IMG/VR virus record: IMGVR_UViG_3300032218_001494
Location: 1-32,259 of that record
Length of the DNA stretch: 32,259 nucleotides
Reading direction: 5' to 3' (one strand)
DNA from: a virus
Taxonomy: Duplodnaviria > Caudoviricetes
In this document: in pieces, positions 31,805-32,259 of the stretch
Numbering within the stretch: the stretch's first letter is position 1
How the letters are laid out: the number at the start of each line of letters is the position of its first letter
Made by a program: the position numbers and the translations under genes
The notes under the pieces: model-generated
What the model saw: only the letters and a program-made list of their open reading frames with translations
Told to the model about the DNA's origin: nothing
Databases searched by the model: none

Positions 31805-32259
31805 TCTTTCTTCTCCTCATTCCTTTGGAGTCACCAGAGGCTCCTCCTCCACCTGAACCACCTGAGTTGCCCCCGCCTGAGCGAGAGCCTCCTGTAGATC
31901 CTCCAGTGGATACGCCTGCTACAGCACCCACAGCATTTAATGCTGCACCTGTTGCTACTACTGTAGCCACAACCATTTTTGTTGCTTCTTCTCTTTCACC
32001 TGGAGTCATATCTGCCCCAATGCTTCCAAGTGCTGACAATGCTGCTCCTGGATCATTAAATAATTCTGCTGCAAAAGCTGCTGGGTCTGACACTAACTCA
32101 ACTTGAACTGCAACTTCTGCTGTAATTACAACTGAATCACCATTTTCAGATGTGCGAACATCTACTGGTGTTTGTGGTGGCAAGTCTGCTAATTTAATTC
32201 CAGCATCTGCAACCTGTTCTTTAGTAAGATTTTCACCTGGTGCAACTGATTGAATTAAT
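31797..32259 (-). CDS. C-terminal part of large protein with hydrophobic anchor and Gly/Ser tail (starts beyond window)
   Basis: Frame open to window edge; ends GGSGGGG...RRRKND. Confidence 0.7.
   Translation of the reverse strand, partial: LIQSVAPGENLTKEQVADAGIKLADLPPQTPVDVRTSENGDSVVITAEVAVQVELVSDPAAFAAELFNDPGAALSALGSIGADMTPGEREEATKMVVATVVATGAALNAVGAVAGVSTGGSTGGSRSGGGNSGGSGGGGASGDSKGMRRRKND

Overview
AT-rich segment of a large tailed-phage genome, very likely infecting Actinobacteria. This is supported by WhiB, an Lsr2-type DNA-binding domain, an MSMEG_6728-type glycosylase and many leaderless genes. A low-GC freshwater host is plausible but is only an inference. Left (1-9240): end of a tail/collagen-fibre operon, class II ribonucleotide reductase, glycosyltransferase, lysozyme-like transglycosylase, a small RNA, a collagen-like protein and three HNH/EndoVII nucleases. 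Middle (9380-20420): a + strand block of about 40 mostly tiny early-type genes (DUF932, DUF1281-like, Lsr2-like, ArfA-like). Right (20420-32259): a - strand block with GroES, a surface protein, thioredoxin, glycosylase, subtilase, HslV-like protease and WhiB. The most striking content is non-coding. (1) Twelve exactly spaced TGTC(A/G)G-N10-TAnnnT promoters match the actinobacterial PafBC/RecA-NDp DNA-damage promoter. (2) A structured RNA at about 16498-16613 has a loop antisense to the AACGAAAG leader shared by these transcripts. (3) Intergenic modules carry perfect CRP sites, DnaA boxes, an MraZ-like repeat array and a recurrent TTACG-loop hairpin. (4) A second sRNA has loops complementary to the WhiB-operon leader and to a recurring GGCGGA motif. 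All calls were made by eye without database searches; coordinates and counts are manual.
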